A DNA stretch of 64,000 bases, from assembly GCA_035529315.1 (NCBI GenBank), contig DATKWZ010000016.1, positions 88,464 to 152,463 of the forward strand, given 5' to 3'. The position numbers were made by a program, and so were the translations under genes. Below the pieces are notes generated by a model. It worked only from the letters and a program-made list of their open reading frames with translations. It was not told the DNA's origin and did no database searches. This DNA comes from Anaerolineae bacterium (GTDB taxonomy: Bacteria > Desulfobacterota > Desulfobacteria > Desulfobacterales > ETH-SRB1). Below, one piece after another: positions 47,526 to 56,321 of the stretch (position 1 is the stretch's first letter; every line of letters begins with the position of its first letter).

Positions 47526-49410
47526 ATCCGTTTGCGGTCATAAATCCTGATTGCGTGAGTTTGTTTTTTTGACTTAGCAAACCATCTTTAATAGCCTTTT
47601 TACGGATACGGCTGATATATGCCTTGTCAATTCCTAATATATCTGTAATTTCTGTTTGTGATAATCCTTCGTCAAGCAATTTTAATATTTCGGTTTTAGT
47701 TTCCGCCTTAATATTTCCGTATGTCCAAATATGGTTTTTATTCTCGTCAAGGGTAAGTTTAAACTCTTGATCCGATAATAAATGCAAACATTTTGTATCA
47801 ACTCTATTTTTACCAAATTGCAATATAAAACGTGCCCCATCTTCAGGGACATAATTATAAGGAGCTTTCAGCATTATACTTGTGTCAAGGTTGTCCTCAC
47901 GTGCGGAAGTCCCCCTTTGCCGTCCATCTTTAGATACATGGTGCAATAAAATTGTGCTGATTCCACAAAATCTTAACTCTAAAAGCCATTGATTTATAAT
48001 ATCCCAATCCTGCTTAGCGTTTTCATCAAGACCAGGCGCTAAGCTTGCGATATTGTCAACTACCCACAATTTGACATGCCTGCTTATTAAAATTTCCTTC
48101 ATAAGGTTTCGCCAGTCAACATCAACAAGTGACGCCCTATGCAGTCCCATTGAATTTGCATAAGCATCAGAATAAAAAAGCAGTGGATTTTTACGGGCTG
48201 AATGAAGTTTTAAATTTTCGATTCGATCCCGATCGTCTCTGATTGTCATTTCACCATCCAGAAACAAGCAGGAAACTGATTTTTTGCACTCCCAAGGGCC
48301 AAAATTTGAACCTCTTGAAACTGCGTCCAGTATTCCAAGGGCAAGCCAGGTTTTGCCGCATCCCCTCCATCCTGATATAAGATTAATCGAATCTTCTTTT
48401 AACCACGGAAATAAAAGCTCCTGCTTTTCCGGCACGTCTATTTTATAAAATTCATTTGCTGATAATATTATATCATTAATAGTGATTTTTTTAGGCGGTT
48501 CATAAATTTCGGCATTTTCAATTAAAATTGAAAACCGCTCCGCTGCTTCGTCCAAGTCGTCAAAACTGTCAAGCCAGTCAGAAAAATCGCCCCCCTCAGA
48601 CAATCCAGGCAATTCCAGTAACTGAATATTCTTTGCTATGTTTTTTATATTTTGAAAAACTTTTTCAATATGCTCGCATCCGGGTTTGTCATTGTCTGGC
48701 ACCAGTATAACTTTCTTGTTTTTGAAATATTGATTTAAATCCTCAGACCAGTTCCCGGCCCCGGCAACATTGCAAGTACCTGTGAAATTCAGCCTTCCCG
48801 CATTATTGCAATCTTTTTCACCTTCAAAAACAAAGACGGTTTCTGCATCAATAACCTTTAACAGGTTGTAAGGCACTTTCGGTTTAATACCTTTAGTTGA
48901 CCATTTCAGCCCATCCGCACTGCATTGTCTGAAGGTCTTAGGCTCAAACCTACAGTTGTAATAAAGAACTTTGCCATTTGCGTTTACATAAGGATATTTT
49001 TCAATCGGAGATCCCAACTCGTAATGCTCAAACGGGTTTGTTTTCTTGTAAGTAGTTTTGACCAACTTTAAACCAGGCATGTATCTTTTAAACAGCTCCT
49101 TGATATTCGTATCTGCAAGCCAGGCATGAAAATCAACTATATCGCCCCCTTTTTCATTACATTGACGGCACCAAAATCGTTGTTGATCTGTTCTAAAAAC
49201 AAAACGATCATTTCCGCCGCATTTAGGGCAAGGCCCGCAAAGGCTGTTTTCCGATTCTTTGCGTAAGTTCTTAACAGCCTCCGGGATGCCCGGAAGCATT
49301 GATTTTAAGGCATCAATACTGCCTTTGCTGTTTTGCACAAAATTTAAAGTCTTCTCTTCCGGATTTTCGTCAAAATTAAAATTTAATTTTTTCACATTAT
49401 TTTTTTTCAT
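47524..49410 (-). CDS. bifunctional primase / replicative helicase-like ATPase (Zn-ribbon + TOPRIM + RecA-like AAA_25 + C-terminal HTH)
   Basis: Zn ribbon CPKCGGNDRFVF...WCRQC. TOPRIM VFVFEGEKD ... LVPDNDKPG. Walker A SGWRGCGKTW. Walker B KLWVVDN. C-terminal LSQTEITDILGIDKAYISRIRKKA. The start is moved to ATG 49410 after gtGGAGGttataatt. Confidence 0.88.
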   Translation of the reverse strand: MKKNNVKKLNFNFDENPEEKTLNFVQNSKGSIDALKSMLPGIPEAVKNLRKESENSLCGPCPKCGGNDRFVFRTDQQRFWCRQCNEKGGDIVDFHAWLADTNIKELFKRYMPGLKLVKTTYKKTNPFEHYELGSPIEKYPYVNANGKVLYYNCRFEPKTFRQCSADGLKWSTKGIKPKVPYNLLKVIDAETVFVFEGEKDCNNAGRLNFTGTCNVAGAGNWSEDLNQYFKNKKVILVPDNDKPGCEHIEKVFQNIKNIAKNIQLLELPGLSEGGDFSDWLDSFDDLDEAAERFSILIENAEIYEPPKKITINDIILSANEFYKIDVPEKQELLFPWLKEDSINLISGWRGCGKTWLALGILDAVSRGSNFGPWECKKSVSCLFLDGEMTIRDDRDRIENLKLHSARKNPLLFYSDAYANSMGLHRASLVDVDWRNLMKEILISRHVKLWVVDNIASLAPGLDENAKQDWDIINQWLLELRFCGISTILLHHVSKDGRQRGTSAREDNLDTSIMLKAPYNYVPEDGARFILQFGKNRVDTKCLHLLSDQEFKLTLDENKNHIWTYGNIKAETKTEILKLLDEGLSQTEITDILGIDKAYISRIRKKAIKDGLLSQKNKLTQSGFMTANG

Positions 49411-49553
49411 AATTATAACCTCCACACGGGTCAGTTTTTGGGGTGGGCGCGCAAGTGTGTGGCCTTACGTGCCCATTAACGCCGCCGGGCGAACCCCAAG
49501 AATTAATTGCTTTGCCTCCCGTGCGGGATTAGCTAAAATTCAAATCTTGAATG

Positions 49554-49922
49554 TCAATTTTTAGAAATTATTAAATCCATATTCAGCACAACCGGGGACG
49601 CATTTGCTTCTTTCGCTTTGAATTTCGCCCATACAGTGCTAATAATCGAAGCATTGAACCTGTCACGGCTTGCATTTCCGACACTTGATTTAAAAGAAGT
49701 ATGAATAGCCGTTGCATTTGCAGGAGTATAAAATGTTTCGTCAGGTGTATCGCCCACTTGATATGTCACTGCTACGTTGCCGCCGCCGGAAGCATTAAGA
49801 TCAGCAAAATATTTTGTTTTCGGCCCACATTTGCCAAGATATATTGGAGTGGCCAGAACAATACTCGCATTCTTTGCAATTGTTCTACTTGAAAATATCG
49901 TTATTTTTTCTGTAAGTCCCAT
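49554..49922 (-). CDS. hypothetical protein, 122 aa (island core)
   Basis: ORF with SD aAGGAAAGGAAAatttccatt-ATG. No family recognised. Confidence 0.55.
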   Translation of the reverse strand: MGLTEKITIFSSRTIAKNASIVLATPIYLGKCGPKTKYFADLNASGGGNVAVTYQVGDTPDETFYTPANATAIHTSFKSSVGNASRDRFNASIISTVWAKFKAKEANASPVVLNMDLIISKN

Positions 49923-50077
49923 AATGGAAATTTTCCTTTCCTTTTGTTGTTGTTGTTGTGACGAACCGAACCAGAAACAGTCCGATTCGTCACGGATGGG
50001 CGGTCATTCGGAGGTGAACCCTAATCGCCGCCCAAGGAGGGATAATAAACTGGCCGAAGTCCCATCCCACGTTCAGA

Positions 50078-50266
50078 TTATAGTCTATTTTTTAGGCGCA
50101 AAATCAGGCATTGCCCGCTCTTTGTTTCGACTTTCACCCCTGATTCAAAGGCAACAAAGTCAAGGATATCGTCCTGCAATTCAAGTTTTTCGACTAAAAG
50201 GTTGACGTCGATTTTGTAAATTCCGGCGATTTTTTCGAGCTCAAATTTGTTTAGATTATAAAGCAT
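50078..50266 (-). CDS. hypothetical small protein, 62 aa
   Basis: The track ORF starts at 50284. ATG 50266 (MLYNLNKFELEK...) is preceded by aAAGGAGAttgagt. Confidence 0.45.
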   Translation of the reverse strand: MLYNLNKFELEKIAGIYKIDVNLLVEKLELQDDILDFVAFESGVKVETKSGQCLILRLKNRL

Positions 50267-50414
50267 ACTCAATCTCCTTTGCATTTTAAAAGTGATAGGG
50301 AGAGGCCGTTGACGTATGAAAACGGCCCAGCCCTTTTAAAGGCAGCAGCTGTAACGGCTCCCACGAACAGAAACAGCTGCGCCCATTGGCGCATCCGGTA
50401 CGCCCATGCATAAC

Positions 50415-51548
50415 TTATTTGCCTTGGCCGATCATCTGGCCGATTTCATAATCGGCTTTTGATTCCTGCATTTTGGGCATTGTCAAAATCTGCCTGCGCC
50501 GTATATCGGCCAACTCCGTGACTTTGCGGCTTATGCCTTTTGCTTTTTCTTCCTGAAGCCAGTTTGAAGCTGTCTTTGCTTCCTCGCTGAAATGCAAGAG
50601 GCAAGCATCTTCAAGAGCCTTCAACTCCGGCAAATCCTTTGCTCTCTGGATATCTTCGGCAACCGCTTTTAAGCTATTCATGGCAGTAATGTTCCTTTCG
50701 GTTTTTATAGTGCCGGAATATTTGCCTTTCAGACGAGTCAACAAACTATCCCATGATTCAATCCGATCCGCCAAACCCACATCTATTGCTTGCTCCCCGA
50801 TAAAAAGACGCCCCTGACCCATTTGTTTGTCCGCAACATCGGCAGTCACGCCCCGGTTTCTTGCAATGTCCTGGATCATCAGTCCATATAAAAAATCAAG
50901 TTTGCCTTGGATATTTTTTTCATCATCTTTACTCAATGGGTTGTACTCATTGCCAACTGCTTTGAATTTGCCAGCTTTAAGCACCGTGGGTTTGAGTCCT
51001 TTTTGTTCGTATGCTGCTGAACGATCCATGTGCAGACCGATAATGCCGATACTTCCAGCTTGCGCCGATTTGTCGGAAATAATTACTTCGTGTGCTGCGG
51101 AAGCAATAAAATACGCCGCTGAAGCTGCGAGGCCATTGCAAAAAGCAATTATTCGCTTTTTAAGCCTTGATTCATAGATTAGGTTAGTGAAAACCATCAA
51201 ACCACTTACGTTGCCCCCTGGAGAATCCACATCAAGTAAAATCGTTTCAACCGCCGGATCTGCAAGAGCTTTTTGAAAATCCCTGCCCGCAATTTCGTAA
51301 CTCGTGCCACCACTTGCAGCCGCTATAATATTCATTCTTTTTGCCAACGTGCCGTAAATTTTTATAAATGCAATGCCGTTTTCGACCTTATATCTATTTT
51401 CCGCTTGGCCCGCATCTGCCAGCGATAGTTTTGCTTCTATATCCTTCAATTCGCCAAGCTGTTTAGCTTCAACCACTTGTAAAATTTCTTCCAGTTTGTC
51501 AGGGGTGATAGCCCAGGCAGAATTAATCATCAAATCATATAATTGCAT
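50415..51548 (-). CDS. S49-family serine peptidase (phage prohead/head-maturation protease type) with C-terminal extension
   Basis: VDSPGGNVSG and CNGLAASAAYFIASAA (Ser nucleophile context), followed by a ~100-aa helical tail. SD tAGGAGGttttaaaaatt. Same family as SppA and the lambda gpC-type proteases. Confidence 0.8.
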   Translation of the reverse strand: MQLYDLMINSAWAITPDKLEEILQVVEAKQLGELKDIEAKLSLADAGQAENRYKVENGIAFIKIYGTLAKRMNIIAAASGGTSYEIAGRDFQKALADPAVETILLDVDSPGGNVSGLMVFTNLIYESRLKKRIIAFCNGLAASAAYFIASAAHEVIISDKSAQAGSIGIIGLHMDRSAAYEQKGLKPTVLKAGKFKAVGNEYNPLSKDDEKNIQGKLDFLYGLMIQDIARNRGVTADVADKQMGQGRLFIGEQAIDVGLADRIESWDSLLTRLKGKYSGTIKTERNITAMNSLKAVAEDIQRAKDLPELKALEDACLLHFSEEAKTASNWLQEEKAKGISRKVTELADIRRRQILTMPKMQESKADYEIGQMIGQGK

Positions 51549-51563
51549 AATTTTTAAAACCTC

Positions 51564-52043
51564 CTAAATAAAATATATTTCAGCCGAAGCCTTTAACGGC
51601 AGGCGTTCGCAAAGTTCTTTGTCTTCTCCTATTAAGGCCGTCCATTGTTTATTAAGATTTTCCCTCATCGCTATAAGCCCTTCGCGGTCTTTTATTGCTT
51701 TTAAAACCCTTTCGACCGCCCGTGCCTTTCTGTCTTCAAAGTTTTTTGCCTCTTTCTGAAGTTGGTAAAAATCCAAAACACAATTTAAAACGGATATTTG
51801 CCGTTCCAAGTCTTTCAATTGTGTTTCAATCTCAATTTTCTCATTCTCCAATTTTTCAATTTTCTTCTGTAATTTTTCAACCTGCAATTTATTATAATCG
51901 AAACTTAAGCGGATATTTTTATATTCCGATTCATCCGAAGCCGCCTCAAGCTTAACCTCAAGCGCATTTACTTCCGTTTGGAATACTTCCAGTTCAGCCG
52001 TAAGCTTTTGGATCTGTTTTTCAATAGGTATGTTATCCTTCAT
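51564..52043 (-). CDS. coiled-coil protein, 159 aa
   Basis: Heptad-rich sequence (LTAELEVFQTEVNALEVKLEAA..., KLQKKIEKLENEKIEIETQLKDLERQISVL). Confidence 0.6.
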   Translation of the reverse strand: MKDNIPIEKQIQKLTAELEVFQTEVNALEVKLEAASDESEYKNIRLSFDYNKLQVEKLQKKIEKLENEKIEIETQLKDLERQISVLNCVLDFYQLQKEAKNFEDRKARAVERVLKAIKDREGLIAMRENLNKQWTALIGEDKELCERLPLKASAEIYFI

Positions 52044-52061
52044 AATTTTTTCTCAAACCCC

Positions 52062-52643
52062 CTATTCATTTATTTTTTTCAAAAGAGCAACTTTTTTCTC
52101 GACCAGTCTATCCTTACTGTCCTGTGCGTCTTCAAAGGAAAGAGAACACCAAGTTTTTAAATCGCCTTTATCGAAAGGCTTTCCCGGCCTTTTTAATTTC
52201 TGAGATTGTGCAAGCTGCTGATCTGCCCGCATTTCTGAAAGATTTTTCTCCAAAGTTCTTAAGGCATCTTCTCGAAGTTTTAAAAAATCCTCTTCGGTTT
52301 TTACAGCCACCACTGCCGCCTCAAGGCGTTTCTCGTGGATTTTGCAAACCGCATCATAGCAATCTTGCAAAAATTTGTGAAAGCTGCTGTCCGAACTTCG
52401 GGAAGCAAGCAAATTCATTCTTTCAAGATTGAGACTATAAATTTCAATAAAAAATTTACCCTCATCAATACCGCACCGGCCAGACTCGCGGTTGTCATAG
52501 AAAATATGCTGGCATGTGTCGGCTAATTTTTTTTCGCAGTAATATTTATTATGTTTAGACAATTTCACACCTGGCAGCCCCTTTTGCCGCCGTGCTTCGG
52601 CCTGTTCTTCTTCCGTCAAAACTCTTATATTAGGCTCATACAT
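52062..52643 (-). CDS. hypothetical protein, 193 aa
   Basis: Its start overlaps the upstream gene stop (TAATG coupling). No family recognised. Confidence 0.55.
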   Translation of the reverse strand: MYEPNIRVLTEEEQAEARRQKGLPGVKLSKHNKYYCEKKLADTCQHIFYDNRESGRCGIDEGKFFIEIYSLNLERMNLLASRSSDSSFHKFLQDCYDAVCKIHEKRLEAAVVAVKTEEDFLKLREDALRTLEKNLSEMRADQQLAQSQKLKRPGKPFDKGDLKTWCSLSFEDAQDSKDRLVEKKVALLKKINE

Positions 52644-52879
52644 TATAAAACTCCCTTCAAAATTTCATTAATATCAACATTTTTGTATCCTGTCTTTTTT
52701 AAGCTTTTTATCGTCAAGAGCCGCTCAATGGTTGTTTCCGGCCAGTAATTACTTGCGCCATATCGGCCAAAAGACTTAAACTGTGGCACTGGTAGCCAGC
52801 CAGCCTTGACATATCGGGAAATGGTTTTACTGCTCAATCCCGTCATCTGCATCAATTTTTTTGTTCTTAATATCTTCAT
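52643..52879 (-). CDS. MerR/excisionase-like HTH protein, 78 aa
   Basis: LRTKKLMQMTGLSSKTISRYVKAGWLP is an HTH pattern. Confidence 0.6.
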   Translation of the reverse strand: MKILRTKKLMQMTGLSSKTISRYVKAGWLPVPQFKSFGRYGASNYWPETTIERLLTIKSLKKTGYKNVDINEILKGVL

Positions 52880-52928
52880 TTAAAAGTCCAAGTGTAGAAG
52901 TCAAAAGGTCAAATTTTTTTGCCTCTGC

Positions 52929-53120
52929 CTACAGCGCACCGGTTTCGATCTTGTGTGCTTCCATCCAATCAAGAACATCCTGCAATAGATATCTGACTGA
53001 CCGCCCCATCTTCACGTAAGGGAAGCCCCTGCCGCAATGTCTATCGTTGCGCAAGGTTTGCAAGGCACGGCATGTTATTTCGCAGACTTGTTTTTCGTTA
53101 ATATACTTTTTCATAGACAT
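52929..53120 (-). CDS. AlpA-family excisionase / transcriptional regulator
   Basis: YINEKQVCEITCRALQTLRNDRHCGRGFPYVKMGRSVRYLLQDVLDWM is the pattern of phage AlpA/Xis (HTH_17) proteins. It is adjacent to the integrase. Confidence 0.7.
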   Translation of the reverse strand: MSMKKYINEKQVCEITCRALQTLRNDRHCGRGFPYVKMGRSVRYLLQDVLDWMEAHKIETGAL

Positions 53121-53382
53121 TCACCCCATCAAATTTGTTTTCTTTTCTCCCAAAATGATGAAAACAAATGATTGTTTCAATCTTTTTTTGAAGATCACTG
53201 TTTTACTTTGCAATATTTTGGCAGTTGAAAACCTATAAGGCTAATAATATCAAGCAGATAATAGAAATTGAAATAATATAGGGTAAAGCAAAGGAAAAAG
53301 AAGTATGGTATTTTGTCTAAATTAAGGACTGGGGTGTGGTATTTACTAAAAAAATAAGGGGGGAATTTACTTCTTTAAAGGT

Positions 53383-54525
53383 TCACGGTCTTCCGATTTT
53401 GGATATATTTTTTACAGCATCGGCAACGATATTACCGGCCAGATTTGAAGCTGCCACAAGTGTTTCGTCTTGCAGGTGTGCATATCTCTGTGTCATTGCA
53501 GGGCCTTTGTGGGTTAGCAGTTTCTGGAGGGTGTACATATCGACCTTGCCTGAACTGGCAAGCATTGACGCAAAGACATGGCGAAGGCCGTGCAAGGGCC
53601 GGAACTTTGCAGGCAATCCAGCTTTTCTTTTTATCTTATTTATGGGTTTTGAAATATTTACTAACTGCTTGCCCTCACGTCCCGGAAATATAAAAGGGCT
53701 TTCCGTTCGTGGGTGATTTTTAAGCAGTTCTCTTGCGGCATCGTTCAGGGGGATTACTTGATCAGTGCCGCCCTTGGGATCTACAATATTTATAAATCCA
53801 CGGTCAAAATTAACGTGTTCCCATTTCAGTTTCAGCATTTCGGATCTTCTCATTCCAGAAAATAGCGCAAGTTTCATTATAGGCCCAGCTTGCGGGTGTA
53901 TGTCGTTATCAATGGCCTTCAATAAGTCTTTTATTTGTTCAGATGTTAAATCTTCAGTAACCAGGTTTGAGACTGTAGGTTTTTTGATACGGAAGGGAAG
54001 CCCAGGACATAAACCTTTTTTAATACCAAAGTTTGCGATCCAGGTGAGAAGGTTAAGAACATGTTTTACGGTTTGCGGTGATTTCTCTTTTAAAAGCTTT
54101 ATTCTAAGCCGGTCAATATCCAAGGCTAAAATATTTTTAGGTTCGGTATCACCAAAAGGGGCTTTCAAATACTTTTCATATCGGCCTAAATCAGTTTTAA
54201 GACTTTTGCCAGGTGTCCTGCCTTTGATATATTCATCAAAAAGCCTTTGGATTGTCAACTTGTCGGCCTCAGCCTCTTTGAGGGCATGCTCTTGTTTACG
54301 TTTCGCCTTTCGGGTTAATCTTTTGCCTTCGATTAATTCTGACCGTATATGTGCCGCCCTGGCCGGGGTCATGTCATCAGCATATTGACGCCCTGCTTTT
54401 TCTTCAAAAAGTTTGCCTTCCTTTTTATAGACAACATAAAAAACTTTTTCGCTCCCTTTGCCACCGATTCTTTTTGATTCCCGAAAAAATACCCCAGGAT
54501 ATGTTGTTTTTTTTCGCTTTGACAT
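53383..54525 (-). CDS. tyrosine-type site-specific integrase
   Basis: Catalytic residues in context: LFSGMRRSE (Arg), HGLRHVFAS (His-x-x-Arg) and TQRYAH (Tyr). N-terminal SAM-like domain. It lies ~280 bp inside attR. Confidence 0.93.
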   Translation of the reverse strand: MSKRKKTTYPGVFFRESKRIGGKGSEKVFYVVYKKEGKLFEEKAGRQYADDMTPARAAHIRSELIEGKRLTRKAKRKQEHALKEAEADKLTIQRLFDEYIKGRTPGKSLKTDLGRYEKYLKAPFGDTEPKNILALDIDRLRIKLLKEKSPQTVKHVLNLLTWIANFGIKKGLCPGLPFRIKKPTVSNLVTEDLTSEQIKDLLKAIDNDIHPQAGPIMKLALFSGMRRSEMLKLKWEHVNFDRGFINIVDPKGGTDQVIPLNDAARELLKNHPRTESPFIFPGREGKQLVNISKPINKIKRKAGLPAKFRPLHGLRHVFASMLASSGKVDMYTLQKLLTHKGPAMTQRYAHLQDETLVAASNLAGNIVADAVKNISKIGRP

Positions 54526-54804
54526 AAAACCTCCAATATTGTATTAATTGGATTATAATTTTAGCCGGAAACCTGTTTAACCCTCTGTGTTTACATGATA
54601 AATATTTCTTTGGTTTCCGGCTTGCAAGTCCCAAAGTTGGAAAAAGGCGGGAATTACTTTCCAACCCTATTTCCAACCTTTTTTCTATATATCAGAGTAA
54701 AAAAAAGTAAGTCAAGAAAAAAAGAAAAAAATAAATACTGTGATATTAATATGATATTAAGGGGGTTTAGTAAAAGAAGGTAAAAAGAGGTAAATTTAAG
54801 CTTA

Positions 54805-54854
54805 CGGCCTGTCAAGCCGGAGGTCGCGAGTTCAAGTCTCGTCACTCCCGCCAT
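54805..54854 (+). repeat. attR core (orphan copy of the tRNA-Asp 3' part)
   Basis: Identical to 43064-43113. The sequence in front (aaatttaagctta) has no tRNA 5' half. Confidence 0.92.
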
Positions 54855-55229
54855 TTAATGTCCGCAACCACCGGCATGACCGGCACAAGCATTTTTTATT
54901 GACATCTCCGGCATTATGCTGTTTTGAAATAGATTAATATTGTCTCGAACAGTACCTTCACAGGCTCTGTAAACTTTTACCCCCATTGCATTTAATTTGT
55001 TTATAGCACCCGCTCCAATACCGCCGACAACTATAGCATCAACAGATTCCCCATTTAACGCTTTTAAAGGATTGCACATACCATGGACATGACCCAGGTC
55101 CTGATTATTAATTGTATCTGTTGTGCTTGTTTTTGTGTCAAAAATAATAAATACCGGCGCTGATCCAAAATGGCCATATACAACACTGTCTAAACTTTTA
55201 TCCGATTCAACGGGAAAACAAATTTTCAT
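54855..55229 (-). CDS. NifB/NifX-family FeMo-cofactor-binding-domain protein
   Basis: MKICFPVESDKSLDSVVYGHFGSAPVFIIFD and AIVVGGIGAGAINKL are typical of this small family. Cys/His tail CAGHAGGCGH. Confidence 0.75.
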   Translation of the reverse strand: MKICFPVESDKSLDSVVYGHFGSAPVFIIFDTKTSTTDTINNQDLGHVHGMCNPLKALNGESVDAIVVGGIGAGAINKLNAMGVKVYRACEGTVRDNINLFQNSIMPEMSIKNACAGHAGGCGH

Positions 55230-55249
55230 TTTTTCTCCTTAATATCCGC

Positions 55250-56155
55250 CTACATACGCGCGCCACTCCACCTTAGCTTGGCTTTTAAAACATCAAAATA
55301 ATTCTGATCCGGCATCATTATCATGTTTACAGGGTGAAGCCCTTTTTGAATTATGATGGTATCATTATTATTTATCTCCAGGCCGGCCTGACCATCAAAG
55401 CTTGCAATGATATCTGATGACTTTTCTTCAAACTCGATTTTCATGCATACAGAATCAGGAACTATCAGAGGCCGAACAGTCAGTGTAAAAGGACAAATCG
55501 GGGTAATTATGATGCCCTGGACTTCCGGATGAACAATCGGGCCGCCTGCGGAAAGTGAATAGGCTGTCGAGCCGGTAGGTGTTGAAATAATAAGACCGTC
55601 GGCTCTGTAGGTAGTCAAATAGCGATCATCAATATATGTTTTTATACTTGCAAGCCCTGCAAATGCCCCTTTAGTAATGACTATATCATTTAATGCTGTT
55701 TCATCCGCCAGCTCCCTGCCCTCTCTGATTACTTTGACCTGAAGACGCATTCTGGGGTTTATATCAAACCTGGAGGTTAGAATATATTCGGCAGCGGAAA
55801 AAAGGCTTTCCTCTGCTATTTCAGCAAGAAAACCGAGTTCGCCGAATTTAACCCCTAAAATCGGAATATTCTGATCCCCTATCCAGCGAACAGCTCTCAA
55901 AAAGGTTCCATCACCGCCAAGCACAAAAACACACAACAGATCAGGCGGAGCAAATGATTTGCTTTTGCTTGAAATTTTGCGACTCGGACGCGGGCTTGTT
56001 TCCCTTATAACATCCACGCCTCTTGATCGCAGCCAGGCTTGAAGTTCATCGGCCTTCCTGCCTGCTTCTGCATCCGCTTTTACAAATAGTCCTATGCTTT
56101 TCAAAATATTCGGCCCTTTATTATTGTTGATGAATTCGTAAAAAAACGAATTCAT
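55250..56155 (-). CDS. nadK: NAD+ kinase
   Basis: VLGGDGTFL, NDIV, and TPTGSTAYSLSAGGPIV. The N-terminus is uncertain: ATG 56155 lies inside a repeat hairpin and has no SD. TTG 56104 (MKSIGLFVK...) is an alternative. Confidence 0.9.
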   Translation of the reverse strand: MNSFFYEFINNNKGPNILKSIGLFVKADAEAGRKADELQAWLRSRGVDVIRETSPRPSRKISSKSKSFAPPDLLCVFVLGGDGTFLRAVRWIGDQNIPILGVKFGELGFLAEIAEESLFSAAEYILTSRFDINPRMRLQVKVIREGRELADETALNDIVITKGAFAGLASIKTYIDDRYLTTYRADGLIISTPTGSTAYSLSAGGPIVHPEVQGIIITPICPFTLTVRPLIVPDSVCMKIEFEEKSSDIIASFDGQAGLEINNNDTIIIQKGLHPVNMIMMPDQNYFDVLKAKLRWSGARM

Positions 56156-56321
56156 CAGGTGTTAAGTGTAAAGTGTTAGGTGTTAGGTGGTTAAAGCAAT
56201 TGCCTGTTTAATCATACCCTTAACACTTAACACGGTTCACAAAAAGTGGTTTTTTGACTTTTTACGACGCCATAATATTTAAGTAATCTTCTATAATTTT
56301 ATTGCGCAACCTGTCAATCTA

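Noticed and set aside
54654-54854. 66-aa minus-strand ORF beginning MAGVTRLELATSGLTG
   Set aside because: Its N-terminus is the translated attR copy of tRNA-Asp. The rest is an AT-rich island arm with no SD.
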